Shown: in pieces, positions 37,267 to 47,344 of the stretch
Layout: each line of letters starts with the position of its first letter
Position numbering within the stretch: position 1 is the stretch's first letter
From: Minisyncoccota bacterium
Lineage (GTDB): Bacteria; Patescibacteriota; Minisyncoccia; Phycocordibacterales; UBA2100
Assembly: GCA_043780835.1 (NCBI GenBank)
Contig: JAYWCB010000005.1
Coordinates: forward strand, 22,280-86,279
Length of the DNA: 64,000 nucleotides
Reading direction: 5' to 3'
The notes under the pieces: model-generated
What the model saw: only the letters and a program-made list of their open reading frames with translations
What the model was told of the DNA's origin: nothing
The model's database searches: none
Program-made: the position numbers and the translations under genes

Positions 37267-37653
37267 ATGTTGAAAATTCGAATGCAGCGAGTAGGCCGCA
37301 TAAATATGCCGTCGTACCGTATTATTGTGGTGGAACACACCGAAGGACCAAAGACGGGTAATATCGTTGAAAAAGTCGGTACCTATAATCCTCGCTCCAA
37401 AGAGCGCGTAATCGACGCGGATCGCGTGAAGTACTGGATGTCAGTCGGCGCACAGCCATCGGACACCGTACACAATATGCTCATAAGCTTGGGCATCATG
37501 ACCGGCAAGAAGATTAATGTGCTCCCAAAGTTCGTAGCGCCTGAGAAGCCCGTTGAAGAAACTCCCGTAGCTTCGGCTCCAGCCGCAAAAGTAGCTGCAC
37601 CGGAAGAGGTTGCAGCAGAGACTCCTGCAACGGAAGAAACTCCTGCCGCGTAA
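37267..37653 (+). CDS. rpsP: 30S ribosomal protein S16
   Basis: MLKIRMQRVG, YRIIV, GTYNP, GAQPSDTV; acidic Ala/Pro tail. Confidence 0.95.
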   Translation: MLKIRMQRVGRINMPSYRIIVVEHTEGPKTGNIVEKVGTYNPRSKERVIDADRVKYWMSVGAQPSDTVHNMLISLGIMTGKKINVLPKFVAPEKPVEETPVASAPAAKVAAPEEVAAETPATEETPAA

Positions 37654-37744
37654 GCACAGTAACCCACAGATGGGTTTTGACCCGATGCCGTGAGAGCGGT
37701 ATTCTTCTAGGACTATTAGGAATTATTGAGTTGCTAACGACTGA

Positions 37745-38137
37745 ATGACTGTTATGGAACGCGATCAGCAATTTTTGGAATATGTTATCAAGTCTCTCGT
37801 CGAACATGCAGACGATGTAAAGATCACGCGTGTCGTTGATGAGATGGGTGTGCTCTTAACTCTCTGCGTCCATAAAGACGACATGGGTAAGGTCATCGGG
37901 CGTTCGGGCGCAACCGCTAAAGCAATCCGTACGATTTTGCGCGTGGTGGGTATGAAGTACGACGCGCGTGTCAATCTCAAGATCGAGGAACCGGAGGGTA
38001 GCGATCGCACAGGGCTCGGTTTGGGTGAAGACCGCGGACCGAAACCCGTTACGGCAGAGCCGGATCCGGCGAAGCCCTACGAGCGCGACACAACGGTAGA
38101 CGACGTGATCAACGACCTCAAAGAAGGAAAGATGTAA
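37745..38137 (+). CDS. khpA: KH-domain RNA-binding protein
   Basis: DMGKVIGRSGATAKAIR; conserved position after rpsP. Confidence 0.9.
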   Translation: MTVMERDQQFLEYVIKSLVEHADDVKITRVVDEMGVLLTLCVHKDDMGKVIGRSGATAKAIRTILRVVGMKYDARVNLKIEEPEGSDRTGLGLGEDRGPKPVTAEPDPAKPYERDTTVDDVINDLKEGKM

Positions 38138-38151
38138 TCAAAAAACAGCAC

Positions 38152-38400
38152 ATGCCGTCGTTCCGCAGACTCGGATTCATATCTGTCGCGTGCATTGCGA
38201 TGCTTATGATGTACGACATTTTTGTTGCCTCATCATGGGGAACTGCGATTCCGATCTTTGATGCACTCCTGGTATTTGCTGCTCTGGTGAGTTTTGCTTG
38301 GGTAGATAAAGCGATAGATATACCGAACCGTCACGCGCGATGGTTACGGGTGATCGGCATAGTCATGATTGTTTGGTACCTCGCTCGCGTCACTAGTTGA
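38152..38400 (+). CDS. small three-TM membrane protein
   Basis: Three hydrophobic segments. Confidence 0.6.
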   Translation: MPSFRRLGFISVACIAMLMMYDIFVASSWGTAIPIFDALLVFAALVSFAWVDKAIDIPNRHARWLRVIGIVMIVWYLARVTS

Positions 38401-38581
38401 GTCGCTGGTTCTTCGTCTTTCGCATTCATAGGTGCGAAATGCTCTTGCATGCATGTGACTCACTTCTACGTTTTCGTCGAGTGGTAATACGTGGAGAGTT
38501 CTTTTTGGTTCCATGAAGCCATTACCACACGATGCTCTTAAGTTCATTGACATGTTCGAAAACTATGATGATATAACCACG

Positions 38582-39274
38582 ATGATGCATTTTCATGTTG
38601 TCAGTTTGTTTCCCGAAGCTATCGAGCCGTATCTGAAGAGATCGATTTTGGGACGCGCTATCGAAGAAAAGAAAATAAAGGTCTCGTACTATGATCCCAA
38701 GGATTTTAGTCTTCCGGCCCGTGGTAAAAAAGCACGTGCGCAGGATATGCGGGTTGATCGTCGGCCATACGGCGGTGGTCCCGGTATGGTCTTACGACCT
38801 GATCCGATTTTAAAAGCGGTAGAAAAGGCACGCGGCAAAAAGAAGAAGGTGATGATAATCTTCTTCGCTACGGATGGAGAACAATTTACAGAAGAAATGG
38901 CAAAACGGATGGCGAATCCTAAAGGCGACGCCTTTAGGAATATTATATTCATCTGCGGAAGATACGAAGGCATTGATGCGCGCGTGCAGAAGATTTTGAA
39001 AGCAAAAAAAGTCACGGTCGGTCCGTATGTAGTCACGGGAGGGGAATTGCCGGCGGCAATAATGATCGATGTGATCGCGCGATTTATTCCGGGGGTGTTG
39101 GGTAAAGCCGAATCGTTGGAGGCGTCTCGCGTCTCAAGTCCTGAAGTGTATACGCGTCCCGAAGTGTTGGAGTGGAAGAAAAAGAAATACCGTGTGCCGA
39201 AAGTGCTTTTGGGCGGCAACCACGCAGAAATGGACGCGTGGAAGGCCTCTATTCGTTCAAAAAAGTCAAAGTGA
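38582..39274 (+). CDS. trmD: tRNA (guanine37-N1)-methyltransferase
   Basis: SLFPE, RPYGGGPGMV, CGRYEGID, VTGGE, YTRP, LLGGNH. Confidence 0.96.
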   Translation: MMHFHVVSLFPEAIEPYLKRSILGRAIEEKKIKVSYYDPKDFSLPARGKKARAQDMRVDRRPYGGGPGMVLRPDPILKAVEKARGKKKKVMIIFFATDGEQFTEEMAKRMANPKGDAFRNIIFICGRYEGIDARVQKILKAKKVTVGPYVVTGGELPAAIMIDVIARFIPGVLGKAESLEASRVSSPEVYTRPEVLEWKKKKYRVPKVLLGGNHAEMDAWKASIRSKKSK

Positions 39275-39382
39275 CCACTTTTTATTTTTCGCGGGGGGAC
39301 TTGAAATATAAATAAATCCTGTTACTGTGCGAATTGGAGCGCACGCATATCATGCGTCTGCGTATCAAACAGGAGGTGATCT

Positions 39383-39610
39383 ATGGCTGATTTGAGGAGT
39401 GCAGGGCCGTCCGGTCCGGTCCGAATGATCGATACGGTCCGAAAAGCGTCGGATGTGCCGTTCGATTACGGCAATTCAATCTCGATCCCCGCTGTGGTCC
39501 ATATGATCGACGGCAAGGCTACAGTAGTCCGACTCGATCCTCGTGACCCGAATTTCCACCTGTTTTACGGCCTGATACCGATCGCACCAACCATGCGTAA
39601 AACCGGTTGA
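39383..39610 (+). CDS. small hypothetical protein
   Basis: AGGAGGT RBS; TTGAAA-16-TACTGT upstream; hairpin at about 39637-39669 downstream. Confidence 0.65.
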   Translation: MADLRSAGPSGPVRMIDTVRKASDVPFDYGNSISIPAVVHMIDGKATVVRLDPRDPNFHLFYGLIPIAPTMRKTG

Positions 39611-39759
39611 GGTGATGGCATGATTCCGCCCAGAAAGACGAGCAATCTTAGCGATTGCTCGTCACTTTTTATATGAACTTGCCCTTTGCAATATCCGTGG
39701 GCTAGTATAAACTCTCGATCAGGACATACGCGTCGTATGCCTTATAGGAGACTCTCACC

Positions 39760-39996
39760 ATGACTCCAGACAAGTTATTCGCTCAATTCCTGGCACTTCG
39801 GGCCGAAACAAAACATGGACAGAAATCCGAGAAATCACGATTTATCTGCACAATGCCACCGGCCGTGTTTCAGGAACCTTATGGCGGTCGATGCGGACAT
39901 GTATTTGCGGTCGGCGAAAAAAACTGTCCGGATCCACATGCTCGGCATGTCAAACCGTTCTCGCAACGCGCCGCGAGCCGTTCTCATGTTCTGTAA
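39760..39996 (+). CDS. small hypothetical protein, possible Zn-binding (C...CGH...CPDPH)
   Basis: AGGAG RBS; terminator-like hairpin at about 40038-40071. Confidence 0.6.
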   Translation: MTPDKLFAQFLALRAETKHGQKSEKSRFICTMPPAVFQEPYGGRCGHVFAVGEKNCPDPHARHVKPFSQRAASRSHVL

Positions 39997-40102
39997 TAGT
40001 GGTCCTGTGGCCTAAACGTCGCGGATTGCTCTAATCAAAGAGCTCGGGTAACCCCGGGCTCTTCGTTTTTTGCGCCGTAACACGGTATTGCGGAGCTTCT
40101 AT

Positions 40103-40132
40103 TTGACAGACACCTGGCTCTTCGCGTATATT
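40103..40132 (+). promoter_or_regulatory. rpoBC promoter
   Basis: TTGACA-18-TATATT. Confidence 0.6.
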
Positions 40133-40136
40133 ACTC

Positions 40137-40321
40137 GGACATTTGCTCCTGATTGTGTTGCGGTAGAACGCGCAAATTTGCATTCTTTACAGTCGTCGAA
40201 AGGCGACACAAGGCGATCCCTCTTTTCGGATCGTTTTTTTTAAAAGGGTTTCTTCATCGTAATCACATGCGGTGCAGCTTGCTTCCTGTTTGTGCAGGTA
40301 TGGCAGTTGCGTCGTGTGTCC
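40137..40321 (+). ncRNA. candidate structured 5' leader RNA of rpoB
   Basis: 5' GGACA pairs with 3' TGTCC; nested stems, GAAA tetraloop hairpin, hairpin followed by T8. Confidence 0.5.
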
Positions 40322-40327
40322 AAAAGC

Positions 40328-43300
40328 ATGGCTAAAACCAAGCAAGCGGTCCGACCGCAAAAGTTTTTTGGAAAGTTTCGCGAGCCACTCGTGAAGCTTC
40401 CGAGCCTTGTGGAATCGCAAATCGATTCCTTCCGCCAATTTGTCGACGGCGGCGCTGAGCGCGTGTTCAAGGAGTTTTCTCCGATCAGCGATCATTCAGG
40501 CAAAAAGTTTGAACTCGAACTCGTGAAATTCTCGTTCGGTGAACTGCGCTGGGACGAGCAGTACGCGAAACGTTTTATGAAAACCTACGAATCGCCGCTC
40601 TCTATGGTGGTGCGTTTGAAGAATAAAACAACCGGCGAAAAGAAAGAGCAGGAAATTTTCCTTGCTGATTTTCCATGGATGACCGCGCACGGTACCTTCG
40701 TGATCAACGGCGTAGAGCGCATCGTTGTGCCGCAGCTCGCGCGCTCATACGGTGTATTTTTCGAAGCCATCCCGTACAAGGGCAAGAACTATTTCGCGGC
40801 TAAAATCATTCCGGCACGCGGCGTATGGATCGAAATAGAATCCGACGCTGATGGCGCTATGTACGTGAAAGTGGATCGTAAGCGCCGCTTCCCGGTCACC
40901 TCACTCTTGCGCGTACTCGGTCTCACCACTGAAAAAGAAATTCTTTCAAAGTTTGAAAAGAATCAGCCCGCAAAGGACGCGGTTGCCGCAACGCTCGCAC
41001 TTGATCACGCACACACCATCGAGGAAGCGTACGTAGAAATTTACCGCCGCCTGCGCGACGGAGATATCGCAACACCGGACAACGCACGCGATCACGTGAA
41101 ATCTATTCTCTCCGCAGATCGTTACGACTTTTCTCGTGTCGGCCGCTTCCACTTCAATCGCCGATTCGGTCTCTCTACAAATGAAAAAGAGATTCAGAAT
41201 TCCACGCTCACACTCGAAGACGTGGTGCGTATCGTGACGCACATTGCAGATCTCAACCACAATCCGCATTCGGAAGCTGACGACATCGACCACTTGGGCT
41301 TCCGCCGCGTGCGATTTGCGGGCGAATTGCTCGAACAGCGCATGCGCGTGGGCCTCTCACGTATGAAGCGCAACATCCAAGACCGTATGGCGATGGTTGA
41401 TCCGGAAACATGCACACCTGTTTCGTTCGTGAATCCGCGACCGTTCCAGGCTGCGATCCGTGAATTCTTCACGACCGACCAACTCTCCCAGCTCATGCAG
41501 CAATACAATACACTCGACGAAATCGAACATCTTCGCACGCTTTCGACCCTCGGTCGCGGCGGTCTCACCTCTGAGCGCGCAGGACTCGAAGTGCGTGACG
41601 TGCACTCATCTCATTACGGACGCGTCTGCCCGATCCACACACCGGAAGGTAAGAACATCGGGCTCGTGCTCCACATGTCGCTTTACGCACGACCAAACGA
41701 ATTCGGCATCATCGAAACGCCGTACGCACGTGTGGAAAAGGGAATGATTACAAAAGACATCCAATATTTGAACGCGCTCGAAGAGGAGCAGTATGCGATC
41801 GCGCATGCCGCAACACCGCGCGATGATTCCGGACAAATCTCGGTGGAACTCGCGGAAGTGCGCCTTGGCGGCAAACCGACACTCGTGAAAGCAACCGATG
41901 TGCATTTCATGGAAGTCGCTACCAACCAACCGTTCTCTGTTGCCACGTCACTGATTCCGTTTGTTGAAAACGATGACGCGAACCGTGCGCTCATGGGTTC
42001 GAACATGCAAAAACAGGCAGTTCCACTCGTGGTGCCGGACGCGCCGTTTGTCGGAACCGGTATTGAATCCGTTGCAGCACGCGACTCAGGACGTCTCATT
42101 CTTGCGGAAGACGCGGGAGAGGTAACCTACGCAGACGCTGCAATGATCAAAGTTAAAAACGCAGAAGGTAAGACCAAGGATTATCCGTTGGTCAACTTTA
42201 TGCGAACGAACGGCTTCACCACGTTCCACCAACGCCCTGCGGTAACCGTAGGCGACGCGGTAAAGAAAGGCGGACTTCTCGCAGACACTTCAACATCGGT
42301 CAATGGTCAGATGGCGATCGGACAAAATGTTCGCGTCGCGTTCTTGCCATGGTTCGGTGCCAACTTCGAAGACGCAATTGTTATTTCCGAAAAGCTCGCC
42401 AAAGAGGCACGCTTCACATCCATTCACATGGAAGAGTTTGTCTGTGTCGTGCGCGACACTAAGCTTGGGCCGGAGGTAACGACACACGACATTCCAAACG
42501 TTTCCGAATTTAAACTCCGTAATCTCGACGAAGACGGCGTAGTGCGCATCGGTGCAGAAGTGCGCCCGGGCGACATCCTCGTCGGTAAAGTAACTCCAAA
42601 GGGCGAAACGCAGCTCACTCCGGAAGAGCGATTGCTCCACGCGATCTTCGGCGAAAAGGCCAAGGACGTAAAAGACACATCGCTGCGCATGGAAGGAGGC
42701 AAGCGCGGACGCGTTATCGGCGTGAAGATCTTTTCGCGCGAAACAGGTGATCAGCTTGAATCCGGTGTGATCAAGCGCGTGCACATCGAAGTTGCGCAAT
42801 TGCGTACGATTTCAGTCGGCGACAAGCTCGCAGGACGTCACGGCAACAAAGGTGTTATTTCGCGCATTTTGCCGGAAGAAGACATGCCGTTCGATAAGGA
42901 TGGAAATCCTGTCGACATCATCCTCACTCCGCTCGGCGTGCCATCACGTATGAACCTCGGACAAATTCTTGAATTGCACCTTGGGCTCGCGGCTGAAATG
43001 CTCGGCTACCAGGCAATCGTCCCATCATTCGCCGGAGCAACCGAAGTCGAAATTCGCGAAGAATTAGAAAAGGCAGGCGTTGATCCGTCGGGCAAGCGTC
43101 AACTATTCGACGGCCGCACCGGTGAAGCATTCGCACAGCCGGTATCCGTGGGCGTTATGTACATGTTGAAGCTACACCACATGGTGGAAGACAAAATCCA
43201 CATGCGCTCCATCGGGCCATACTCGCTCACTACGCAGCAGCCACTCGGCGGAAAAGCCCAGAACGGCGGTCAGCGCGTGGGAGAAATGGAAGTGTGGGCA

Positions 43301-43510
43301 TTCCTCGGATACGGGGCAGCATATTCGCTCCGGGAAATTCTCACCATCAAATCAGACGACATCTTGGGACGCTCAGCGGCATTCGATGCCATCGTCTCCG
43401 GAAAGCGTATCGAAGAAACAAATACTCCGGCTACATTCAATGTCTTGGTCAGACACTTGCGAGGCCTCGGAATCGACATCGACTTCCTCGAGTCGAAACC
43501 GGAACTTTAA
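40328..43510 (+). CDS. rpoB: RNA polymerase beta subunit
   Basis: GTFVINGVER, RDVHSSHYGRVCP, NRALMGSNMQKQ, GDKLAGRHGNKG, GVPSRMN, GEMEVWA. Confidence 0.98.
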   Translation: MAKTKQAVRPQKFFGKFREPLVKLPSLVESQIDSFRQFVDGGAERVFKEFSPISDHSGKKFELELVKFSFGELRWDEQYAKRFMKTYESPLSMVVRLKNKTTGEKKEQEIFLADFPWMTAHGTFVINGVERIVVPQLARSYGVFFEAIPYKGKNYFAAKIIPARGVWIEIESDADGAMYVKVDRKRRFPVTSLLRVLGLTTEKEILSKFEKNQPAKDAVAATLALDHAHTIEEAYVEIYRRLRDGDIATPDNARDHVKSILSADRYDFSRVGRFHFNRRFGLSTNEKEIQNSTLTLEDVVRIVTHIADLNHNPHSEADDIDHLGFRRVRFAGELLEQRMRVGLSRMKRNIQDRMAMVDPETCTPVSFVNPRPFQAAIREFFTTDQLSQLMQQYNTLDEIEHLRTLSTLGRGGLTSERAGLEVRDVHSSHYGRVCPIHTPEGKNIGLVLHMSLYARPNEFGIIETPYARVEKGMITKDIQYLNALEEEQYAIAHAATPRDDSGQISVELAEVRLGGKPTLVKATDVHFMEVATNQPFSVATSLIPFVENDDANRALMGSNMQKQAVPLVVPDAPFVGTGIESVAARDSGRLILAEDAGEVTYADAAMIKVKNAEGKTKDYPLVNFMRTNGFTTFHQRPAVTVGDAVKKGGLLADTSTSVNGQMAIGQNVRVAFLPWFGANFEDAIVISEKLAKEARFTSIHMEEFVCVVRDTKLGPEVTTHDIPNVSEFKLRNLDEDGVVRIGAEVRPGDILVGKVTPKGETQLTPEERLLHAIFGEKAKDVKDTSLRMEGGKRGRVIGVKIFSRETGDQLESGVIKRVHIEVAQLRTISVGDKLAGRHGNKGVISRILPEEDMPFDKDGNPVDIILTPLGVPSRMNLGQILELHLGLAAEMLGYQAIVPSFAGATEVEIREELEKAGVDPSGKRQLFDGRTGEAFAQPVSVGVMYMLKLHHMVEDKIHMRSIGPYSLTTQQPLGGKAQNGGQRVGEMEVWAFLGYGAAYSLREILTIKSDDILGRSAAFDAIVSGKRIEETNTPATFNVLVRHLRGLGIDIDFLESKPEL

Positions 43511-43543
43511 TCGCTCGCGATTTTAACTTTCTGAATCATCTCT

Positions 43544-46500
43544 ATGTCACTCCAAAAAAAGAAAGACATCATCCCTGCATCGTTTGAAGCCGTCGCAATG
43601 CGACTCGCATCTCCTGAGCGCATGCACGAGTGGTCGTACGGCGAAATCACAAAGCCGGAGACCATCAACTACCGAACCCAGCGACCGGAAAAGAACGGGC
43701 TCTTCGATGAGCGCGTCTTCGGTCCTGAAAAGGATTACGAATGCTACTGTGGTAAATATCGCGGCATTCGTTTCCGAGGCATCGTCTGCGAAAAGTGCGG
43801 CGTGGAAATTACGCGCGCAATCGTGCGTCGTGAACGCATGGGTCACATTGACCTCGCGACACCGGTCGCACACATCTGGTTCCTCCGCGGTATTCCATCA
43901 CGCATTGCGCTTATGCTCGGACTCTCCGCAGCAGAAGTCGAAAAGGTGGTGTACTTTGCCGGTTACATCGTGACCAAGGTAGACGAAGACGTTCGCACGC
44001 AGTTGCTCAAAGATCTTGATCAGGAATTCCAAACCAAGAACAAGGCAGCCGCAAATGCAGACGTAAAAACCGAACTCAAAGAAAAGGCAACCAAGGCCAA
44101 GAAAGAAATCGAATCGATTAAAGAAGGCGTCGTGCTCGACGAAGCTGCGTACCATTTGTTTGCCGTTAAGTACGGTGCGATGTTCCGCGCTGCGATCGGT
44201 GCAGAGGCGCTCTACCAGATTCTCAAACAGATTAATCTCGACGTGCTCATCGTGAAGTTGAAGGAACTCTACGAAAAGGCAGGAGCAGCTGAACGCGACA
44301 AAGTGCGCAAGCGACTTGGTCTTGCAGAAGCACTCCAGCGCGCAGGTGTTCGCCCTGAATGGATGTTTATGACTCGTCTTCCTGTCGTACCACCGGCACT
44401 TCGCCCGATGGTTGCGCTTGAAGGCGGTCGTCACGCATCGTCCGACTTGAACGATCTCTATCGCCGCGTGATCAACCGTAACAACCGCTTGAAGCGATTA
44501 CTCGCAATCCACGCGCCGGAAGTTATTCTCCGAAACGAAAAGCGCATCTTGCAGGAAGCGGTGGACGCACTGCTCGACAACTCCATGCGTCGCGGTGCAG
44601 GCGTGCTCGGCATTCTCGGCGGTCGCCGTCGCGCGCTGAAGTCTCTCGCTGATTACTTGAAAGGTAAGCACGGTTACTTGCGACAAAACTTGCTCGGTAA
44701 ACGCGTTGACTACTCGGGACGCTCCGTCATCGTTGTCGGACCCGACCTTGCACTCGACCAGTGCGGATTGCCGAAGCACATGGTGCTCGAACTTTTCCGA
44801 CCGTTTGTTATTGCAGGATTGCTCGCACGTGAACTCGCGTACAACATCCGTGGTGCAGGCCGTTTGATCGAAGACGAAGCGCCGGAGGTGTGGCCAATTC
44901 TCGAAGAGGCAATCAAAGACAAATACGTATTGCTCAACCGCGCACCAACGCTCCACCGTCAGTCGATCCAGGCATTCCGCCCGGTCTTGATTGAAGGAAA
45001 CGCGATTCAGGTGCACCCACTCGTGTGCCCAGCGTATAACGCAGACTTCGACGGCGACGCGATGGCAGTCCACGTGCCGCTCTCAGAAGCAGCACAGCTC
45101 GAAGCGCGTCTGATGATGTCGGCAAACAAGAATATCTTGAAGCCGGGATCCGGCGACGTTGTCGTTGCGTCCAAGCTCCTCGACATCGTGCTCGGGTGCT
45201 ACTGGATGACAAAGTCTGTTGACGGATTGAAGGGCGAAGGCAAAGCATTCCCGACGACAAATTCCGCAATTACCGCATTCGACTTCGGTGCAATTGATAT
45301 GCGCGCGAAGATCAAGGTACTTCCAAGTGACTCCGCAAAATACACACAGTACGAAGGCAAGGTGTTCGACACCACCGTTGGCCGCTTGCTGTTCAATTCT
45401 GTTCTACCGACGGACTTCCCGTTTATGAACGAAGAAATCACGAACAAGCGCATGGGCGCACTCGTGCACAGTCTTGTCGCGCACTACTCGCTCGACGGTA
45501 TTCCAAAGGTGCTCGACGCGATCAAGAAGTTTGGATTCCGCTACGCAACTCATGCAGGCATCACGTGGTCAATTTCCGACATCGTGGTTCCCGAGGTGAA
45601 GCACGAGATGGTGCGCGCCGGTATGATAGCCGCAGCCAAAGAAATGGATAGTTACAACAATGGCTTGCTCACCGAAACGGAACGACGCCGCTCAACCATC
45701 GATATTTGGGCTAAGACGTCAAACGATTTGCGTAAGCACGTTGTGGAAGCGCTCGACCACATGGGACCGGTGCACGACATGATCACATCCGGCGCCCGAG
45801 GCTCCGTGGTGCAGCTCCACCAAATGGTAGGAATGAAAGGCTTGATCACTAACCCGCGCGGCGAAATCATCGAATTCCCGATTACTTCATCGCTGAAAGA
45901 AGGACTTACTCCGATCGAATACTTTATTTCGACACATGGTGCACGTAAAGGTCTCGCTGATACCGCGCTCAACACCGCGCGCGCAGGGTACCTCACCCGA
46001 CGACTCTTCGATGTTGCGCACGACGTAGTGGTGCTCGAAGCAGATTGCGGTCAGAAGGAGGGCGTGCTCATCCCGCGACCGGGCAAGGAGAATATCGGAG
46101 GCAACTTCGGTGACCGTGCAGCAGGACGCGTGCTTGCAGCAGACGCCATGGACGGCGAGAAGGTGCTCTTCAAACGCAATCACATGATCACCCGCGACGA
46201 AGCGCCGATTATGGAAAGCAGTGGCGTGCAGGAAATTCTGGTCCGCTCACCGATGACGTGCAAAGTCGCACGCGGCGTATGCCAAAAATGCTACGGCGTT
46301 GACCTCACCAACGGCGAACTCATCGACGTGGGCGAGGCAGTCGGCGTGATCGCTGCACAAGCAATTGGCGAACCGGGCACACAGCTCACAATGCGTACAT
46401 TCCACACCGGAGGCGTTGCAACCGCAGGAGGCGACATCACAATGGGTCTGCCCCGCGTTGAAGAAGTCTTCGAATGCCGCATTCCAAAACTGCCTGCTGC

Positions 46501-47260
46501 GATTTCGCGAATCAATGGCGTGGTGACTGATCTCATCAAGGACGGACAAGAAACCGTTATCGTGATCCTCGCCGACACCGTATCCACCGCAAAGACTGCA
46601 AAGGGTGTAAAGAAGGAAACGGAATATCGTATTCATCCACTCCGAACCATTCACGTGAAAGTAGGCGACGCGGTTGTAAAGGGTCAATTCCTGACCGACG
46701 GTTCCGCAGACTTGGAAGAACTCTTCCTTCTCGGGGGCAAAGAAATCGCGCAACAGTACATCATCAACGAAATTACACGCATTTACGAATTGCAGGGCGT
46801 TTCGACCGCGCGCAAGCACCTCGAAATTATCGTCAAGCAAATGTTCTCGCGTGTGCAAGTTGCACAGTCAGGGGACACGGGCGTTTCTGCAGGCGAAATC
46901 ATCACCGATTTCGAACTCAATCGAATCAATGGAGTGCAGAAAGAAGTGGGCGGCGAACCGGCAAAGGCAAAGCCATTGCTCCTCGGTATTACGGAGGTCT
47001 CACTCACACGAGCCTCGTTCCTCTCGGCGATTTCGTTCCAGAACACACCGCGCAAGCTTGCAGAAGCGGCGGTATCCGGATCGATCGATCGCTTGGTTGG
47101 TTTGAAGGAGAATGTGATTATCGGTCGTCTTATTCCGGCAGGAACCGGATTCAAGGGATCGAAAAAGCACGGCTATATCACGGCCATGGAAGCTCAGTTC
47201 AAGGCTATGGAACCGGTGCATATTCCCGAGGCGCCTGTCTCGGAGGTCATGCGACAGTAG
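43544..47260 (+). CDS. rpoC: RNA polymerase beta' subunit
   Basis: KPETINYRT, Zn ribbon, LLGKRVDYSGR, NADFDGD, EPGTQLTMRTFH. Confidence 0.98.
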   Translation: MSLQKKKDIIPASFEAVAMRLASPERMHEWSYGEITKPETINYRTQRPEKNGLFDERVFGPEKDYECYCGKYRGIRFRGIVCEKCGVEITRAIVRRERMGHIDLATPVAHIWFLRGIPSRIALMLGLSAAEVEKVVYFAGYIVTKVDEDVRTQLLKDLDQEFQTKNKAAANADVKTELKEKATKAKKEIESIKEGVVLDEAAYHLFAVKYGAMFRAAIGAEALYQILKQINLDVLIVKLKELYEKAGAAERDKVRKRLGLAEALQRAGVRPEWMFMTRLPVVPPALRPMVALEGGRHASSDLNDLYRRVINRNNRLKRLLAIHAPEVILRNEKRILQEAVDALLDNSMRRGAGVLGILGGRRRALKSLADYLKGKHGYLRQNLLGKRVDYSGRSVIVVGPDLALDQCGLPKHMVLELFRPFVIAGLLARELAYNIRGAGRLIEDEAPEVWPILEEAIKDKYVLLNRAPTLHRQSIQAFRPVLIEGNAIQVHPLVCPAYNADFDGDAMAVHVPLSEAAQLEARLMMSANKNILKPGSGDVVVASKLLDIVLGCYWMTKSVDGLKGEGKAFPTTNSAITAFDFGAIDMRAKIKVLPSDSAKYTQYEGKVFDTTVGRLLFNSVLPTDFPFMNEEITNKRMGALVHSLVAHYSLDGIPKVLDAIKKFGFRYATHAGITWSISDIVVPEVKHEMVRAGMIAAAKEMDSYNNGLLTETERRRSTIDIWAKTSNDLRKHVVEALDHMGPVHDMITSGARGSVVQLHQMVGMKGLITNPRGEIIEFPITSSLKEGLTPIEYFISTHGARKGLADTALNTARAGYLTRRLFDVAHDVVVLEADCGQKEGVLIPRPGKENIGGNFGDRAAGRVLAADAMDGEKVLFKRNHMITRDEAPIMESSGVQEILVRSPMTCKVARGVCQKCYGVDLTNGELIDVGEAVGVIAAQAIGEPGTQLTMRTFHTGGVATAGGDITMGLPRVEEVFECRIPKLPAAISRINGVVTDLIKDGQETVIVILADTVSTAKTAKGVKKETEYRIHPLRTIHVKVGDAVVKGQFLTDGSADLEELFLLGGKEIAQQYIINEITRIYELQGVSTARKHLEIIVKQMFSRVQVAQSGDTGVSAGEIITDFELNRINGVQKEVGGEPAKAKPLLLGITEVSLTRASFLSAISFQNTPRKLAEAAVSGSIDRLVGLKENVIIGRLIPAGTGFKGSKKHGYITAMEAQFKAMEPVHIPEAPVSEVMRQ

Positions 47261-47274
47261 GGAGTTATAACCCG

Positions 47275-47307
47275 AAACAAAAAGCCCCTCCGGGGGCTTT
47301 TTGTTTT
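47275..47307 (+). terminator. rpoC intrinsic terminator
   Basis: AAACAAAAAGCCCC-TCCG-GGGGCTTTTTGTTTT. Confidence 0.85.
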
Positions 47308-47344
47308 GAACTATGGTACAAGGTGCGCAGGTGGAGGGTAGCTC

